Of a stretch of DNA of 64,000 nucleotides, positions 61,638-64,000 are shown one piece after another. Made by a program: the position numbers and the translations under genes. The stretch is from NCBI GenBank assembly GCA_965112155.1, contig OZ218105.1. One strand, 5' to 3'. Every line of letters begins with the position of its first letter. The first letter of the stretch is position 1. This DNA is from Podarcis liolepis. Taxonomy: Eukaryota. Under the pieces are notes generated by a model. It was given only the letters and a program-made list of their open reading frames with translations. It was not told the DNA's origin and made no database searches.

Positions 61638-64000
61638 AGTATTTCTCACTTTTGTACTCAAATGTGGATACTGATTTAACTTGTTTGTTGCACATATAAC
61701 ATTGTATGGACATATTGAGAGTATTAAAACAAATTAACCTCTGTAGTCATATTAAAACTTTACTCTAGATATTATCATTGATCTCCATTAATGATCTACT
61801 CTAGTATCTTGATAGTTTGACTTTCTTTAATATTCCATAATTATTCTATGATGCTGTCTAGCATATACACAAAAAGATAAATAAATCAATGATGTTCATA
61901 AGCAAAGCAAATTTTATATGCACCCGATTAAGGTTTTTTAACTGTTCCATATGACTTAATTAAAACTGAAGAAATTAAATATAAAATTTTAAACTAAACA
62001 AATGATGATCCTTGAAAGCTTAACATTAAATAAAAGAGATTCTTTAAAAGGCATGGGAACATTATTTGGAATTATTTGGGGGAAAGTATATTTAAAACTT
62101 ATTGAATAAAGTAGTCTGATAGATAGAAATGAATATAGAGAATGATTTCCAGACATTATTATTGGTTTCCAGGGAGCAATAATGACATAGGTAAATTAGA
62201 ACTACATGAAATGTTTTATGAGATGTTGATGTTGATAAGGGATACTTATGAATATGGTTCTTTTTAAAAGAGACTAGTTTCTTTCTGAGAGGTAAATAGT
62301 TAAGTGGCATAGACATCTGCTTAGTACTCTATAATGAAGTAACATAGAATTAACACACCTGCTCTTAAAGACTGATTAACATCCTGCTGCAGACTCCCAT
62401 TTACTTTAATGGGGGCTGTATCAGGCCTTTAGCATAATTTGATAACTGTCTTCCTGATTTGCTTAAAATTACACTTTTGTTCCTAATGCACTACTTAAAA
62501 CTATTGCATGCAGATGCTTTGGGATTTGCCCTATTTGCAAACTTTAAACTCCCACTAAAGAGAAAGGGTAAAAAGCCAAAAGCCTGAATTATGATTCTCA
62601 AGTTGCTCTCTGGAAGTAGTAATTTTATGTATCTTTTGCATTGCAGCCCTAAAATAAGATAATATTGTTATCACTGCTGCAAAACAAGTGCACATATTTG
62701 AAACTATAATACCTTTCATGATGGTCTGTCTCAAAATGAAATCCTTCAATGGATGCAAGACCATAGCCAACATTTATTACATTTCAAATGCATTATATAG
62801 ATCATACCAATATGCTAGTTCTAGAGAAGCAGTAGTAAAGTAAGATATACTTTTCACCCATAAAATGTAAATGTTTGTTCTAAAAACTATGGAAAATGTA
62901 TTTTTCCATAAGAAAGAAATCATAAACTTTCAGAGTTTAGAGGAATTTAATCCTAAGAATTGTATAAAGAAGTACAGCTTTATACCCTGTAAAGTGCTGA
63001 ATATAACATGCATGATTTGCCCCCTCCCCTCTCTGCTTTACACACAAGGGGAGGAGATTTAAAGTTTCCATTTGCAGTTTGTAACAAGCAGCAGTTTCCT
63101 GTTTTGTCTGAATATGAGAAACTGTGGTTCATTCAAACCACAATTTGTTAACAAACCAAGATAGCACACTATGCTTTGTTTCAATATCCTGATTTGTTAG
63201 CTAATTATGATTTCTATAAACAAGAGTCTCTTGTGTTCAGATGAAATAGGAAACCACAGTTTGTTACAAACTGTGAATCAAAGCTAAATCTTGTTACACA
63301 CAAAGGAGTAAGGGATAAAGTAGAGTTATGAGGATCATGCATGTATTGACAGACCATGATTTTGTTACTTCTGAATTGGGCTTCTGCGTTAACTCTCAGT
63401 TGCTGAATGAAGAGGCAAATGCTAAGATGCATATATGGAGATTCTAATGTTTATATGGCTTGCTCGAGGTAATAATAAAGCATCAACTTCAGCTTTCCCC
63501 CTTATTTGACTAGCAACCAGTCATCAGTGTCCTAGTGGCAGAAACTCTTCCTTGCATTACAGCTTTTGGTTTTCTTGGTGACTGGTTTTAAAGATGATAA
63601 TTTCCTTTGCATTTTCAATTACATTTTAGAGCTGTGAATTGAAAGAATTGGAATAAAAGTTTACTTTGTTTCCACACTTTCCCCATAAACTGATAAAAAT
63701 GAAATAGCTCTCTCCAGGCAAGTGGCATCACCTTTGCCTCTCAGCAAATGGGAGAAGTTGGATGTTTGAAAGGGCTCTTTCAGTTTTTCTACTAATCTTG
63801 GTTCACTAGGAAGTCTTAGCAAGAAAGGACCATGATACCCCTTCCTCCCACCTGTTTTTGCAGCTCACTACCATTTGCCTGGGTGCATGAGCTCTTTTTT
63901 AATGTCTCACATATTGATAGTTACAGTGACTGTGCAATGGAAATCAGGTTGGATACTTCAAGACAATGGTTTACACGTTTACCCAGAACTCTGTAATTCT

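Overview
Vertebrate genomic DNA, almost certainly from a squamate and probably a lacertid lizard, judging by the Sauria-type SINEs, tRNA-Lys/CR1-tail SINEs and L2 tails. The only protein-coding gene I can support is KLHL14 on the + strand. Its large first coding exon is 58210-59226 (ATG at 58253; BTB plus BACK domains) inside a CpG island at about 56.5-59.3 kb. A probable non-coding exon 1 ends at 56515, and the next intron runs past the window end. The preceding ~55 kb has no recognisable coding exon and contains many transposon relics. These include a 5'-truncated L1 with an 18-bp TSD and an in-frame RT deletion, L2 fragments, SINEs, Tc1/mariner-pogo and hAT MITEs, a Tigger transposase fossil and a probable non-autonomous Helitron. 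The most striking structure is a young Penelope-derived perfect palindrome (79-bp arms, 12-bp TSD) that folds back at a hammerhead-ribozyme-like motif. There are five N gaps, two of them inside the KLHL14 exon. I found no convincing evidence of a wholly new multi-gene system. Family assignments and human comparisons come from recall and manual inspection, not database searches.
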